Source of the DNA: Mobula birostris
Taxonomy: Eukaryota
NCBI RefSeq assembly: GCF_030028105.1
Contig: NC_092377.1
Span: 3,787,079-3,851,078 of the forward strand
Direction of reading: 5' to 3'
Length of the DNA stretch: 64,000 nt
The first letter of the stretch is position 1. Every line of letters starts with the position of its first letter. Positions 1-13,308 of the stretch are shown here, in pieces. A program made the translations under genes and the position numbers. The notes under the pieces were generated by a model that was not told the origin of the DNA, made no database searches, and worked only from the letters and a program-made list of their open reading frames with translations.

Positions 1-36
1 ACCTAATGCCTCTGTCTGTATCACCACCCTAGGCAG

Positions 37-624
37 TGCATTCCACATCCCATTCCCATTCTGATATGTCTACCCACGGCTTCCTCTACTGTAAAGATGA
101 AGCCACACTCAAGTTGGAGGAATAACACCTTATATTCCGTCTGGGTAGCCTCCAACCTGATGGCATGAACATCGACTTCTCTAACTTCCGCTAATGCCCC
201 ACCTCCCCCTCGTACCCCATCCATTATTTATTTATGTACTCACATTCTTTCTCTCACTCCCCTTTTTCTCCCTCTGTCCCTCTGACTATACCCCTTGCCC
301 ATCCTCTGGGTTCCCCCCCCACCCCTGTTTTTGTCCCCGGACCTCCTGTCCAATGAACCTCTCATATCCCTTTTGCCAATCACCCATCCAGCTCTTGGCT
401 CCATCCCTCCCCCTCCTGTCTTCTCCTATCATTTTGGATCTCCCCCTCCCCCTCCAACTTTCAAATCTCTTACTAACTCTTGCTTCCGTTTGTCCTGATG
501 AAGGGTCTGGGCCCGAAAGTCAACTGTACCTCTTCCTAGAGATGCTGCCTGGCCTGCTGCGATCACCAGCAACTTTGATGAGTGTTGCTTGAATTTCCAG
601 CATCTGCAGAATTCCTGTTGTTTG
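37..624 (+). mobile_element. Penelope-like element (PLE) 3' end: C-terminus of the GIY-YIG endonuclease plus pseudo-LTR
   Basis: A + frame reads SHSHSDMSTHGFLYCKDEATLKLEE*HLIFRLGSLQPDGMNIDFSNFR* (stop 192-194), the typical PLE ORF terminus. It is followed by a pyrimidine-rich tract and a repeat that recurs in reverse at 63900-64000. Confidence 0.8.
491..526 (+). ncRNA. Degenerate minimal type I hammerhead ribozyme motif in the PLE pseudo-LTR
   Basis: CTGATGA (495-501), stem II GGGTC/GGCCC (503-514), GAAA-GTC (515-521). It lacks the C of GAAAC, so this copy is probably defective. Confidence 0.5.
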
Positions 625-2700
625 TCTACAATCGCCAAGATCCTTTTCCATAGTGAATACTGAAGCAAAGTACTCATTAAGAACCTCTGCTATCTCCTCC
701 GGTTCCATACACACTTTTCCACTGTCACACTTGATTGGTCCTATCCTCTCACGTCTTATCCTCCTGCTCTTCACATACTCGTAGAATGCCTTGGGATTTT
801 CCTTAATCCTGTCCGCCAAGGCCTTCTCAAGGCCTGTTCTGGCTCTCCTAATTTCTTTCTTGAGCTCCCTTCTGCTAACCTTATAATCTTCTAGCTCTCT
901 ATCATTACCTAGTTTTTTGAACTGTTTGTAGTCTCTTCTTCATTTGTAGACCATGGTTCCTGTACCCTACCATCCTTTTCCCTGTCTCAGTGGAATGTAC
1001 CTGTGCAGAACTCCACGCAAATATTCCCTGAACATTTGCCACATTTCTTCCAAACATTTCCCTGAGAAAATCTGTTTCCAATTTATGCTTCCAAGTTCCT
1101 GCCTGATAGCCTCATATTTCCCCTTACTCAATTAAACACTTTCCTAACTTGTCTGTTCCTATCCCTCTCCAATGCTATGGTAAAGGAGATAAGAGTTGTG
1201 ATCACGATCTCCAAAATGCTCTCCCACTGAAGAGACCTTACACCTGACCAGGTTCATTTCCCAATATCAGATGAAGTACAGCCTCTCCTCTTGTCGGCTT
1301 ATCTACATATTGTGTCAAGAAACCTTCTTGAGCACACCTAACAAACTCCACACCAGCTAAACCTTTCACTCCAGAGACATGCTAATCGTTACTTGGGAAA
1401 TTAAAATCTCCCACCATGACAACCCTGTTATTATTACACCTTTCCAGAATCTGCCTCCCCATGTACTCCTCGATGTCCCTGTTACTATTGGGTGGTCAAT
1501 AAAAAACATCCAGTAGAGTTATTGACCCCTTCCCATTCCTAACTTCCACCCACAGAGACTCCGTAGACAATCTCTCCATAACTTCCTCCTTTTCTGCAGC
1601 CGTGACACTCTCTCTGATAAACAGCGCCATGCCCCCACCTCTTTTGCCTCCCTCTCTGACCTTCCTGAAACGTCTAAACGCTGGCATTCGAAGTAATCAT
1701 TCCTGCCCCTGAGCCATCCAAGTCTCTTATAGAATAGTTGCTCCCCTAGTGGGCTCAATCATGAACTGTTCTAAAAAGCCACCTTGGAGATATTCTATAA
1801 AATCCCCGTTTTGGAATCCAGCACCAAATTGAGTTTCCTAATCTACGTGCATGTTGAAATATCTCCTGATGAATGTAACATTGCCATTTGGCATGCAGTT
1901 TACTACTCTTTGGGGGTCTGTATACAACTCCCATCAGGCTCTTTTTACCCCTACAGTTCCTTGCTCTAACCACAATGATTTAATACCCCCCAACCCTATC
2001 TCACCTCTTTCTAATGATTTGATTTCATTTTTTCATCAATAGAGCAACGCTGCCCCCTCTGCCTTTCTGCCTGTCCTTTCAATAAAATGTGTTTCTTCAG
2101 ACATTAAGCTTATCCTTTTCAGTGGCTATTTTACAACTTAACGAGCTGTGATCAGTGGTCCCTGAAAGCGGATGTGCAGGAAATGGAGGAGATGCTGGTG
2201 AAGGGAAGCAGGTGGTCTCCTACTGAAAGGTCAGTTTTATGGCCAAACTCATTACCCAACACTATGTCCATAGGGCCCCTGCTCTATTACTTCGCATCAA
2301 TCAGCAAAGGTGTAATAATCTCACCTGCTCCAGTGATGGCTGGAGCTTTCAATTTCTCTGATGTCCTCTCCTTCCTACCTATATTCCACAACTTAAAAGT
2401 CCCATTTCCAAACTGTGTCTTTCAGAGATTCTACATCTCTTCCTTTTAACTCCCCCTGAAGAATTCCCTGTCCATTCTGAGGGGAGAAGTTAGGAGGTGA
2501 AGTGAGGTGTCATTTTACCCTGCTTGCTTCAAAATCAGTCTCTCTGTCCACTGAGACTCAGTACTCCAATGATTTAAGCAGTGATTTCATTCTCCCAGTC
2601 TCTTTCCCTCTTGCTACAATAACTGTGTCACTATGTATTGTTAGGTAAATCTGCATGTCCAGGTCACTAAGCCTTTCCACTCTTTTGTCAATCTCATATG
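625..2700 (-). mobile_element. Composite of decayed CR1 LINE fragments (ORF2 linker, AP endonuclease, ORF1-like parts)
   Basis: Minus-strand peptides ENPKAFYEYVKSRR...EVLNEYFASVFT (625-819) and GGKRGGGMALFIRES...ESLWVEVRNGKG (1496-1687). Confidence 0.85.
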
Positions 2701-3339
2701 TTTCTCAAAGTCAAAGTGGAGTTTATTGTCATATGCACAAGTCCATGTATGCGCAGATGAAATGAAAAATGAATTCTAATTACAATGATGTCATTGCACA
2801 ATGTAATTTGAGGCAATTAGATGTGTTTTTGAAGGGTGGAGAATCAATTTATGTTTTTCTTTGAATGATTTCATGGTTTTCTTTGCTTCATGATTATCTG
2901 GAAAAGACGAATATCAGAGTTGAAAACTGCAAGCATACTTTCATAATAAAAGGAATTTCTGAACCTTTGATATTACCAACATTCAACAACTGAATCATTA
3001 AGAGGAAGTAACTACTTACAAACATGGTGGTGCCAGACTTTAACTGGAATTATGGACCTGTATACCAAGATTCCTTTGTTCTGCTGCACTCCTCAGTGCC
3101 CTACTGTTCACTGTGTAAGACCTAACCTGGATGGTCCTACCAAAGTGCATCAGCTCAGTGCACCTGGTGCAGATGTGTTTATGTAGGAGAGGGGCGATCT
3201 CCCAGACTTCCCACATGCCTCACACAGAACAAGACACTGGCCCTGGAGTTATTTACCACAACACTACTGTACCCAAATAGATAAGGATGAACAAATATAA
3301 CAGAAAGAGAAAAAGCTACCAAATACTTAACCTCGACCA

Positions 3340-3470
3340 GCCTCCACATTATCTTAAGATGGTGGGACCGAAAGATCATTTGGAGACATGAGGGCACGTG
3401 GTGGTTCCTCCCTGTTCTGGTGGTCAAAGTGAGAATAGAATGTATTGAGCTCATATGTCTGGCATTATTT
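3340..3470 (-). mobile_element. Short Rex1/Babar-type LINE fragment
   Basis: A minus frame reads YELNTFYSHFDHQNREEPP, resembling the DELNAFYARFD motif of this clade. Confidence 0.5.
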
Positions 3471-3892
3471 CCAACTGTGGAGACATGTGATGATCATTTT
3501 ACTTTCACTCACAAATCAGTACAGCGCACAATTCAATTCAATATAAACAGAACAAAGGGGAATAGTGAGGTTGTGTTCATGGACCATTCAGAAATCTGAT
3601 GATGGGGTGAACACAAACACTCCACACGAAGATGGTTTCCAGATTCCAGTTGGATTCAGGTCACTGGAGCTGTGAGCAGCCGAGGGAACTCCTCTGTCAC
3701 TCAGACAACGTCTTCCATCAGCATATTACAGATCTTCCCTGAAAGTGATGATAATGATGTTGACATCAATTTGGAGAAGCTGTGTGAGTTAGCGCAGTAA
3801 AAGAGGAAGTACTCACGGGTTTAGCAATGTCTGAACTGAATCATTGTCAGCCAAGATTTCAAAGTTCAAGGTAAATTGATTGTCAAAGTACA

Positions 3893-4440
3893 ATATGTGT
3901 CACCACATTTAGGTGTAGGAGCAGGTGTATCACTTGTCTTGCTTTCAGAGATAAGTGCCAGGAGGGAGATCAATGGTGAAGGATGAGTGGACAATGGAGT
4001 CACATAGTGAGCAATCCTTATCAAAAACAGAGATTGTGAGTGTTTTGGAAGGAAAGATGTATTTAGGTAGGACCCCTTTGTAAATGGTAGAAGTTATTGG
4101 GAACGGTGAGCTGGATACCGAGGTTTGTGAGGTGGTGGGTAAGGGGAAGAGGAATCCTATCCCTGTTATGGCAGTGGGAGAATGGGGTGAGGGCAGATAT
4201 GCAGGAAATAGAGGAGATGCAGGTGAGGACAATGAAAGAGGAAGATAAACCCTGTTCTTTCAAAAAGAAGTAAATCTGAGGTGTTCAACAATGAGAAATC
4301 TCATTCTGAGCACAGATACAATGGAGTCAGAGGAAATGAGAGAAGGGAATTGTATTTTTACAAGTGACAGGGTGGGTGGAAGCAAAGTCAAGATAGCTGT
4401 GAGAGTCAGGAGGTTTATAAAAGATATCAGCAAATGGTCA
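3893..4440 (-). mobile_element. Penelope-like element internal fragment (RT thumb to GIY-YIG linker)
   Basis: Minus-strand peptides NRDRIPLPLTHH...HLQRGPT and IFPSKTLTISVFDKDCSLCDSIVHSS...DLPPGTY match the PLE RDRIPLVLTYHP...RDRSLRDSLVHS...PGTYPC region; frameshifted. Confidence 0.75.
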
Positions 4441-5100
4441 GTATCCAGCGATGGAGACAGAGAAATGAAGGATGGGTACTCCACATACGACCTCACTAGA
4501 ATTATATAAAGCTGCAACATAAATTCCTGACCCTTGACCTCAGTTCCTTGACCAATAATGGCAAGCATATCATATGCCTTCCATTCGAAGCTTCCTGAAA
4601 TTGGGTGCACAGGTTGCGGCAAAGACAGTATTTTCCAACATTATCCTTTTTAAACAAAGGAACTACATTAGCTACTTGCCGGTTGTCCAGGGCCTCACCA
4701 GTGGCCGCAGAGGGCAGAAAGATACTGGTTGAGGTCCCAACAATCGCATCTCTTGCCTCCCTCAAAAACCTATCCTGTCATGTCCTGGGGACTTATGGTT
4801 CTTTAGGAGACATCTTCATCATGTCAGATTATTCCACACTGATCTCGGTTTCCTCTATGTCTTTTTCCTTGATTAATATTCACTTAACTTACTCACTTAA
4901 AACTTCACCAACATCCTCTGACTCCATGAATGTGCTCCCTCTATGCTTGAGTGGTCCTATCTGTTCTTTAGTTGATATATGTATTGAGTGCCTTGGGATT
5001 CTCTTTAAACCTGCTTGCCATGACTCTTTATGTCCCCTCCTGGCTTTCCGAATTTCCTTCTTCAATTCGTGTCACAGTTCTTTCAGGCTCTGATTGAATT
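4440..5100 (-). mobile_element. CR1 LINE ORF2 fragments
   Basis: Peptides FMLQLYIILVRSYVEY and DNRQVANVVPLFKK. Confidence 0.75.
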
Positions 5101-5134
5101 TCATTTCCTAAACCCTATGTATGCTTTCACTTTC

Positions 5135-6197
5135 TCAACTGAATTCAGCATTCAGCACCATAATTCCATCCAGGCTCAACAGGAAGCTCAGAGACCTTGG
5201 CCGTGACCCTGCCTTCTGCAGCTGGATCCTGAACTTCCTGTCAGACTGTCGGCAGGTGGTAAGAGTGAGCTCCATCTCCACCCCTCTGACTCTCAACACA
5301 AGAGCCCCTCAGGGCTGTCTACTAAGTCCCCTCCTTTACTCCCTGTATACCCATGACTGTGTCACCACACACAGTTCTAATCTGCTAATTAAATTTGCTT
5401 ATGACGCTATATTGATTGGCCTAATTTTGAACAATAATGAGGTGGCCTACAGAGAAGAAGTCATCTCTCTGACACAGTGGTGTCAAGAAAACAACCTCTC
5501 CCTCAATGTCGCAAAAACAAAGAAGCTGGTTGTGGACTAATGGAGACAGGCTAACCCCTATTGACATCAATGGATCTGGGGTCGAGAGTTTAAGTTCCTC
5601 GGCATCCACATCATCGAGGACCTCATGTGGTCTGTACACATCAGCTGTGTGGTGAAAAATGCACAACAGCGCCTCTTTCATTTCAGACTGTTGAGGAAGT
5701 TTGCTATTGGTCCCCAGATCCTAAGAACTTTCTACGGGGGCACAATTGAGAGCATCTTGACTGGCTTCATCACTGCCTGGTATGGGAACTGTACCTCCCC
5801 TAACCGCAGGATACTGCAGAGAGTGCCAGTGCATCTGTAGTTGTAAACTTCCCATGATTCAGGACATTTATAAAGTCGGGTGTGAACAAAGGGCCTGTAG
5901 GATCATTGGGGACCCGAGTCACCCCAAGCACAAGCTATTCCAGTGGCTACCATCTGGGAAATGGTACCACAGCATAAAAGCCAAGACCAATAGGCTTGGG
6001 ACAGCTTCTTCCACCGGGCCTTCAGTCTCATTAACTCACACTGATTTGAGTGTATTTTTCTATGTTATATTGACTGTTCTATTTATTTTAAATTACTATG
6101 ATTGCACATTGTACATTTAGATGGCGACATAATGTAAAGATTTTTACTCCTCATGTAAGTGAAAGATGTAAGTGATGAAGTCAATTCAATTCAATTC
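5135..6197 (+). mobile_element. 5'-truncated Rex1/Babar-type LINE (RT C-half plus 3' UTR)
   Basis: SAFSTIIPSRL...APQGCLLSPLLYSLYTHDC...IKFAYD...WCQENNLSLNVAKTK, ending in an (AATTC)n tail near 6182-6197. Confidence 0.85.
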
Positions 6198-6199
6198 AA

Positions 6200-6715
6200 A
6201 ATTCACCAGCTCACTCATCATGCAAGGTTTCATGACCTTGCCAACCTTGCCCTTCCTTATGACTGGAATATAGCTGTCCTGTACACGGTGCAATTGGTCT
6301 TTAAACCCTCCACATGTCAGATAACGACTCACCCAAAACAGCTGTTCCTGCTTAATACCATCATAATTTGCCCTTCTCCATTCTAATGCCCTCCCACAAG
6401 TTCCAGCTTATCCTTATCTGTAGCTGTTATAAGCCTTAAGGAGCTGTGATCAGCAGTCCCTGAGAGCAGATATGCAGGAAATGCTGGGGAAGCAGGTAGT
6501 CTCCCTTTGAAAGTCAGTTATATGGCCAAACTCAATCCGAAACACCATGGCCCCTCCTGTATCATTTATCATCAGCACCTGCCAAGGTGCAGTAATCTCA
6601 CCTGCTCCAGTGATGCCTGGGGTTTTCAATTTCTCTAATGTCCCTCTCCTTCCTACCTTATTTCACAACTTAAAAGCCCCATCTCCTAACTGTCTTTCAG
6701 AGATCCTACATTCAG
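6200..6715 (-). mobile_element. CR1 ORF1-like fragment, paralogous to 2110-2450
   Basis: Clear nucleotide similarity to 2110-2450 (e.g. ATCTCACCTGCTCCAGTGATG...TTTCAATTTCTCT). Confidence 0.55.
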
Positions 6716-8775
6716 TAAGGGAAGGATTGGAATGGAAGGTTGATGTCAGGGAAAGTACTGAAAGGCAAAATTAAAATAACAGGTCTGATGGGTTGGTTAG
6801 TTTGAAGTGTGTATATTTCAGTGCATGGAGTATTACGAACTTAGAGGTAGCGATGATAAACCTAGAGCATGGATTGGTGCATGGAACTGTGACATTGTGG
6901 CCATTACTGAAACTTGGTCAAAAGAGGGGCAGAATTGAATAATTAATGTACTAGATTTTCAAAGTTCTAGAAAAGATCGAGGAGGAGGTAAAGGAGTGGG
7001 GGATAGGGGAGCTGCACTACTAATCAGGGACCAGACTTGTGGGCTTCAGACACTGAATCCATTTGGGTAGAACTCAGGAATAGAAAGGGTGCAATCACAC
7101 TGATGGGATTGTGCTCCAGACCCCCTAACAGCCACCTGGATACTGAGGAACCGAAATGTAATCCAATTAAAAAATGTGTACAAATAATATGATTGTTGTC
7201 ATGGGGATTTCAACTTTCCTAATATAAAATGGGACCTTCTTAATGCGAGAGATTTAGGTGGGGCAGAATTTGTTAAATGCATCAGGAAAGTTTTGCAAAT
7301 CAAGATGTGGATGGTCGAATGAGAGGAGGGGCTGTACTGGACCTGGATTGGGTAATAAACCTGGACACGTGACTGACCTTTCAACAGGTGAGCAGTTAGA
7401 GAACAGTGATGACAACACCTAAACTTTCAGGATAGTGACAGATAAGGATGGGTGGTCCTTGTGGGGGAGTTTTAAAATGGAGTACGGCAAATTACAAGAG
7501 CATTAGGCAGGAACTAAGAAGCATTAATTGGGAATCCTTTTTTTTGGCATGTCCACATCAGACATGTGGAGAGTGTTTAAAGTTCAATTGCACAGAGTAC
7601 AGGAAAAGTATGCTTCTGTTAGAAGGAAGGATAGGGATAGAAAGATAAGAGAACTTTGGAGTCCAGAGGGGTGTTAAATTTAGTCAAGAAGAAAAAGGAA
7701 AAGTATGTAAAGTTTCAGAAGTTAGGATCAAATTAAGCAAATGAAGAGTATAAAGAAATCAGAAAAGACCTAAACAAGGGAATCAGGAAGATCAAGAGGG
7801 ACCACGAAAAGTCTTTGGCAAGTAGGGTTAAGGTGAGTCCCATTATATACATATATTTAGAGCAAGAGGATAACTAGGGAAAGGGTGGGACCAGTCAAGG
7901 ATAAAGGGGAGAACATTTGTTTGGATGCAGAGGATGTGAGTGAGATACTTAATGAGTACTTTGCTTCAGTATTTACCAAGGTAAAAGATATGGAGGACCA
8001 GGAAACCAGTGTTGATTGTATCAATAAGTTAGGCGTTTACAAGTCAAGGAGGAGGAAATGCTGAGCTTCCTAATGAGTATTAATGTGGATAAATCCCCAA
8101 GGCCTGATGGGATTTACCCCAGGTTATTGAAGGAGTCAAAAGATGAGATTGCTGTGTCCTTGACCAGCATCTTCATGTCCTCTCCAGCCACAGGAGAGGT
8201 CCCGGAGGACTGAAGCGCAGCTAATGTTGCACAACTATTTAAGAAGAGAACAAGGGAAAATGTGGGGAACTATAGGCTGGCGAGTCTTACATCAGTTGTA
8301 GGGAAGTTGATGGAGTTTTTTGAAAAGGTGACAAAAGAGATTGATAAGGGTAGGGCAGTGAATGTTGTCTACATGAATTTTAATCAGGTGTCATGGGATA
8401 TTAATCCAGAAGATTAAGATGCATGATGTCCGTGGCAAATTGGCTGTTCAGATTCAGAACTGGCTTGTGCGTGCAAGACAGAGAGCAGTAGTTGATGGGA
8501 TCTGGGTTGGGACCGCTACTGTTTGTGATGTATATAAGTGACCTGGATGAAAGTGTAGATGGGTGGGTTAGTAAGTTTGTGGATGATATCAGGATTGGTG
8601 GAGTTGTGGATTGTGTGAAAGTCCGGCAAAGAATATTGTTCAATATAGATCACCTGCTGATATGGGCAGAGAAATGGCAGAAGGAGTTTAACACAGAGAT
8701 ATGTGAGGTGTTGCACCTTAGTAGGGCAAATGCAAAGAGACAGCACACAGGAGACAGGAAGTATCTGTTTGCCAG

Positions 8776-8892
8776 TGTGAGGGGATCCTGAAGTGCCCCT
8801 ATTAACTGTCTGGAGAAAGACATTTATCATTGATGGTTTGTTTGGAAAGGAAAGAGAGACAGAGTTATTTACCACCGATATGTTGCTTTTTG

Positions 8893-8926
<34 letters not shown>

Positions 8927-9476
8927 AAGATCAACGGTTGGACTGTCACCTTAAGGCATTGGAAGTAACTTTGGATTTTTACTGAGTTTGGAGTTGGAAA
9001 CAGCACCGAGCAGCTCGTAAGCTGCTGTGGTGACTGAAGGTGGTGGGACACTCGATGTTATGATTTTCAGCTGGTTGTTGATGTTACTTCCAAGGGCAGG
9101 TTGCCTGCTTGTGCATTTCCTTCACAGACAAAGGAGGGAGGGACTCTGAATGACAGGTGATGCTCAGCCTGGTGAAATAAACGGGAGGTCAGATGATACA
9201 GACCTCAGGACACATGATCTGGACACTGAATCAGCATTGTTGTGCCCGCAGAGAAAGTGGGTTTTGGAGGATTGATCAGGCAGATTGATCCAACTTGCTA
9301 TTCTATCGGTGAGGAAGGGGTTGACTGGTGGGGAGTTGTCTATGTGTCCACCCTCGCCTGGGTGATAGCTCCACCACAGAAGACCGGTCCCTCGGTTAAA
9401 GTCACAGTCGGTGACTCATAAAGGATTTCGGAGGACGACGAGAAGATCGACGGCGTCAGCTCACCTGAAGACTCAA

Positions 9477-9507
<31 letters not shown>

Positions 9508-9782
9508 ACTATTCAACTAAATACCACGAACTGAACTGAACTTTACTCATCATGGTAAGACTGTATCTTTTTACCCCTAGACTTAAAGAAGCTTGGTTTT
9601 TCATACATATATATTCCACACTTACTTTTATATATAATCTTTGCTAACCTGTTTGATTTATCTACATTTATATTACTTTATTGTGTAGTTACTAATAAAT
9701 ATTAGTAGTTTATAGCAATACGAGACTCCAAAGTGGCTTCTATTTCTGCTGGTTCTTTATCCCTGTCATGGGGTACGTGACA
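8776..9782 (+). repeat. 5' LTR of element A (~1.0 kb)
   Basis: TGTGAGGGGAT...GTACGTGACA; roughly 95% similar to 13309-14331 by eye. Confidence 0.92.
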
Positions 9783-9787
9783 TTAAT

Positions 9788-9812
9788 TGGGGCCTGCGTC
9801 CGCGATATGAAC
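9788..9812 (+). other. Degenerate tRNA-Pro primer-binding site of element A
   Basis: TGGGGCCTGCGTCCGCGATATGAAC immediately after the LTR resembles TGGGGGCTCGTCCGGGATTTGAAC, the complement of the tRNA-Pro 3' end. A similar motif follows the 5' LTR of element B (~22459). Confidence 0.6.
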
Positions 9813-12800
9813 TAATTGGTCGGGAGGCTGGTTTGAATTGATTGGGGGTAAATCCCTTTTGACTTGGACTGTTGATTTGGTTGTGTGGAAAAACAGCAGA
9901 AATGGGTGTTAGAGAGTTTCTGAAATCACCAGACCTGGTGTCTTTGAAGTTTGCTAAAAAGTATGAGTTGTGGGACATTGCTGAAGAATTGAGAATTGAG
10001 GTAAAGAAGGGTGTGAGTAAGGTTGAAATTCGAAGGAAAATAGTTGAATATTATATAGATAAGGGAACATTTGACGAGGAGGCGTTAGAGGTGTTCATGG
10101 GAGGTGAACCTACTGTAGATGAGCTTCAGCTTCTGTTGGAAATAGTAAACAGGGAGCATGAATTGAAATTAAAGCAGCTCGAGAGAGAAGCCAGAGAGGC
10201 AGCAGAGAGAAGAGGCAGCAAGACAGAGACAGCTCGAGAGGGAGAAATGGCAACGTGAAAGTCACATGTCAGAAAGGCAGAGACAGTTTAAAAGGGAGAG
10301 GTTGCAGCAAAGAGGTTTAGAGTTGGACCTTGATGATTCTTACAGCTCAGAAGGACTAGAGTTGTGTGATGAATTTAAAAGTTGTGTTCCTGATGAGGTA
10401 AGGACATACCCAGTGGCAGAGGATGCCCCTACCCTGCAGGGGTCTGTTGAGAAGGCAGACGAAGAAGTTTTAACCCACGAGGTTGAGTTTACTCCAGAAA
10501 GGAGCTGGCCAGAGAATAGCTGGGAGGTTCGAGATGACCTTGAATTTGAAACTGGGACAAGTGATGACAGCCCAGAAGAGGCAGTTGTCCCAATTGAATG
10601 TGTTCAGGTTGTTGAAGTACCTGTAGATTCACAGGATTCTGAACATGATGTTGAAACTCAGTTAAGGTCTGAGGTGCCTGATTTGGTTGGAAGGGAATGC
10701 AGTCCTTTTGTGTCAGATGATCTTGGTTCAGTGAGTATGGGGTTAACCTTGGTACCAGTGGAAAGTGAGGATTCTCAGTCATTTGTAGTAGACCGTGTTT
10801 TAAAAGCTGGTGAGGTCAATGTTGCTGGAAGTAATGGGAAAAGTGCTGTTCCTGGACTTTTGGATAAAGTGCTGGAAAAGGTTGGATTGGTTGCGTGACC
10901 TTTGACCCTGCTTGCAGGACAAAGGCCTGCTGAGACAGGATGCGCTAGTTGGTTGGATTTTGTTTGGACATTTGGAAGTGAGCACCTGCAAGGTCGTGCT
11001 GTTATTCAGAGTGATATCATGGAGAGGAGGAAAAATTGTTGTGGTTTTGGAGTGGAAATTGCCATGGATACAAATTGAAGTATAGGTCGTAATGAGATGG
11101 GTAGTTTGTTTGGCTTCTTTCATATTCTCATCAGCCTGATGATGGTACTGAGTTTAATAAACAATGGAGGCATGTTGACAGCTCTCCAAGATAAGAGTGT
11201 TTCAGCAATTCAGCTAATGAGCAAAGTTGCTATTGAGACCTACAATAGAAAAACCAAAGGTTTAAATTATGAGGTGTCACAGACTTTTCTACCTTCCAGA
11301 TTTCAGCAGGACTTAGGAGGTAGTACAATTGATAAGGGTAAGGTGTATAAGAAAGGTTTGTCTTTATTGAGGAAGGATTTTACAGAGGAACAGAGCAAGA
11401 TTCTGGAATGGTGGCTTTAAGGGAGATGGCTGTCACAGGAGAGGAGGTTCAGAGAGAGTCAGTGGGATGTTACCTTAAAGATGGGGTGTTGATGAGGAAG
11501 TGGAGACCAGCCACAGTGCCAGCAAGTCACGTGGTGGTTCTGGAAGGTTACAAGGCTGAAATTTTAAACATGGCTTACAGTATGCCTTTAGGTGGATGCC
11601 ATTGTGTGAGAAATGAGGAAAATGGGAATGAGGGGTTCCCCTCTTCTTATTTATTGCTGGAGATTCAATTGAGAAGGCAGTGAAGGGTAATTTGTTGGAA
11701 CCTGTGTTCAGTTACAGGCCAAAAGGACCTTTGACCCTATTCAGAGAACTTTGGAAGGGATTTAGTAAGCTTCGTGACTTTGCTAAGGAAAGTTTACAAA
11801 ATGGTCAAATCAAAATAAGACACTTGCTTACTGGAATTGCAGCTGTGAGAATTATTGGAGTACAAAATGGAATCGTGAAATCTGATAATGAAATGGAAAA
11901 ACATGTTTTCCCACTGAATCTAGACGCACCAAAATGTCAGAATTCCATTGTTTTGAAAAATATTACTGATAAGGTCCACCAGTTGGACCCAAAGCCGAAA
12001 AAACAAGTAAAAGGGCTAATTGGTTTTTTGAAATGGGGCAGAGGTGCAATGAATGACATCATTATGAATTTAGTCCAGCTTATGAAATGGTATCTTCACT
12101 GAGTGAACTTTGAGAAAAGTAATATGGTTGAACAAGGAATTAGAAACAAGAAAGAACAAAGAAAGAGAATGGATGACTGGATTGATAGAGTGGGGAAGGC
12201 TAAATACCTTATTAAGATTGACTTGTTAAAAGGATACCGGGGTGTTCCTTTAACAGAGAGGGCTAAAGAGATATCAACTATGAATACAATGGTTTACACT
12301 TTGGAATGAAGAATGCTCTAGAAACATTTCAAAGAATAATCCATTCTGTGATTGGAGGGCTAGAAAGCACAGGGGTTTATATCAATGATTTAGTGGTCTG
12401 GAATGACACGGGGGAAGAGCATATTGCAGCTGTAGAAAAATGGTTTGACAGACTTTCCCAGGCCAATCTTACTGTGAACCTCCCTAAAAGTGAGTTTGGC
12501 CATGCCATAGTTACATATCTGGGTTATGTGGTGGGCCAAGGCCAACTGGCTCCTGTCCAGGCCAAGGTTCAAGCAGTTGCTGAAGTTCCTGTTCTGACCG
12601 ACAAGAAAGCTTTGAGAAGGGTTTTAGGAATGGTTGGGTGTTATAGAAAATCCTGTAAGAACTTTGCTGACATCGCCCTCCCTCTAACAAAACTCCTAGG
12701 GAAGAGTGAAAGATTTGAATGGAGTGATCTTTGCCAGGAGGCATTTGACCATCTGGAAACCATCCTGTGTTATCATCCTGTGCTCAAAGCACCGGATTTT

Positions 12801-13308
12801 TCAAAGCCATTTTCAATAACAACCGGTGTTAGTGACGAAGCTGCTGGGGCAGTACTGTTACAGAAGGGAGTATCCAGTAGTTTATTTCTCAAAGAAATTT
12901 AATGTACACCAGAAAAATTATTCAACTGTTGAAAAGGAGTTATTGGCACTTATTCTGGCTTTACAACATTTTGAGGCCTATGATCAGAGACCTCAAAACC
13001 TTTCTGTTACTCAGAGACCACTTGGGTTTACATGGGTTATAATCCGTTGATGTTTCTAACTAAGATGAAGGATAAGAATAGAAGGTTGTTAAATTGGAGT
13101 CCGATATTGCAGGAAGGTGACTTAAAAATCAAACATGTGAAAGGTACTGACAATGTTATAGCTGATTAGTTATCCAGATGTTAAGTTGAAAACTGTAACC
13201 ATTTTTGCTTTGTCATCTGATGTTTTTTCCCTGTATTGTTTGAAACCTTGTGATGGACATTTTAAAAAAATTGTCTTTGACAATTTTTTTTTTCCTGAGG
13301 AAGGGGAG

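Noticed and set aside
3732-3783. Possible 52-nt exon (AG|IFPESDDNDVDINLEKL|GTGAGT) in a non-repetitive island
   Set aside because: Weak pyrimidine tract, no recognisable homology and no compatible partner exon; chance occurrence is plausible without RNA data.
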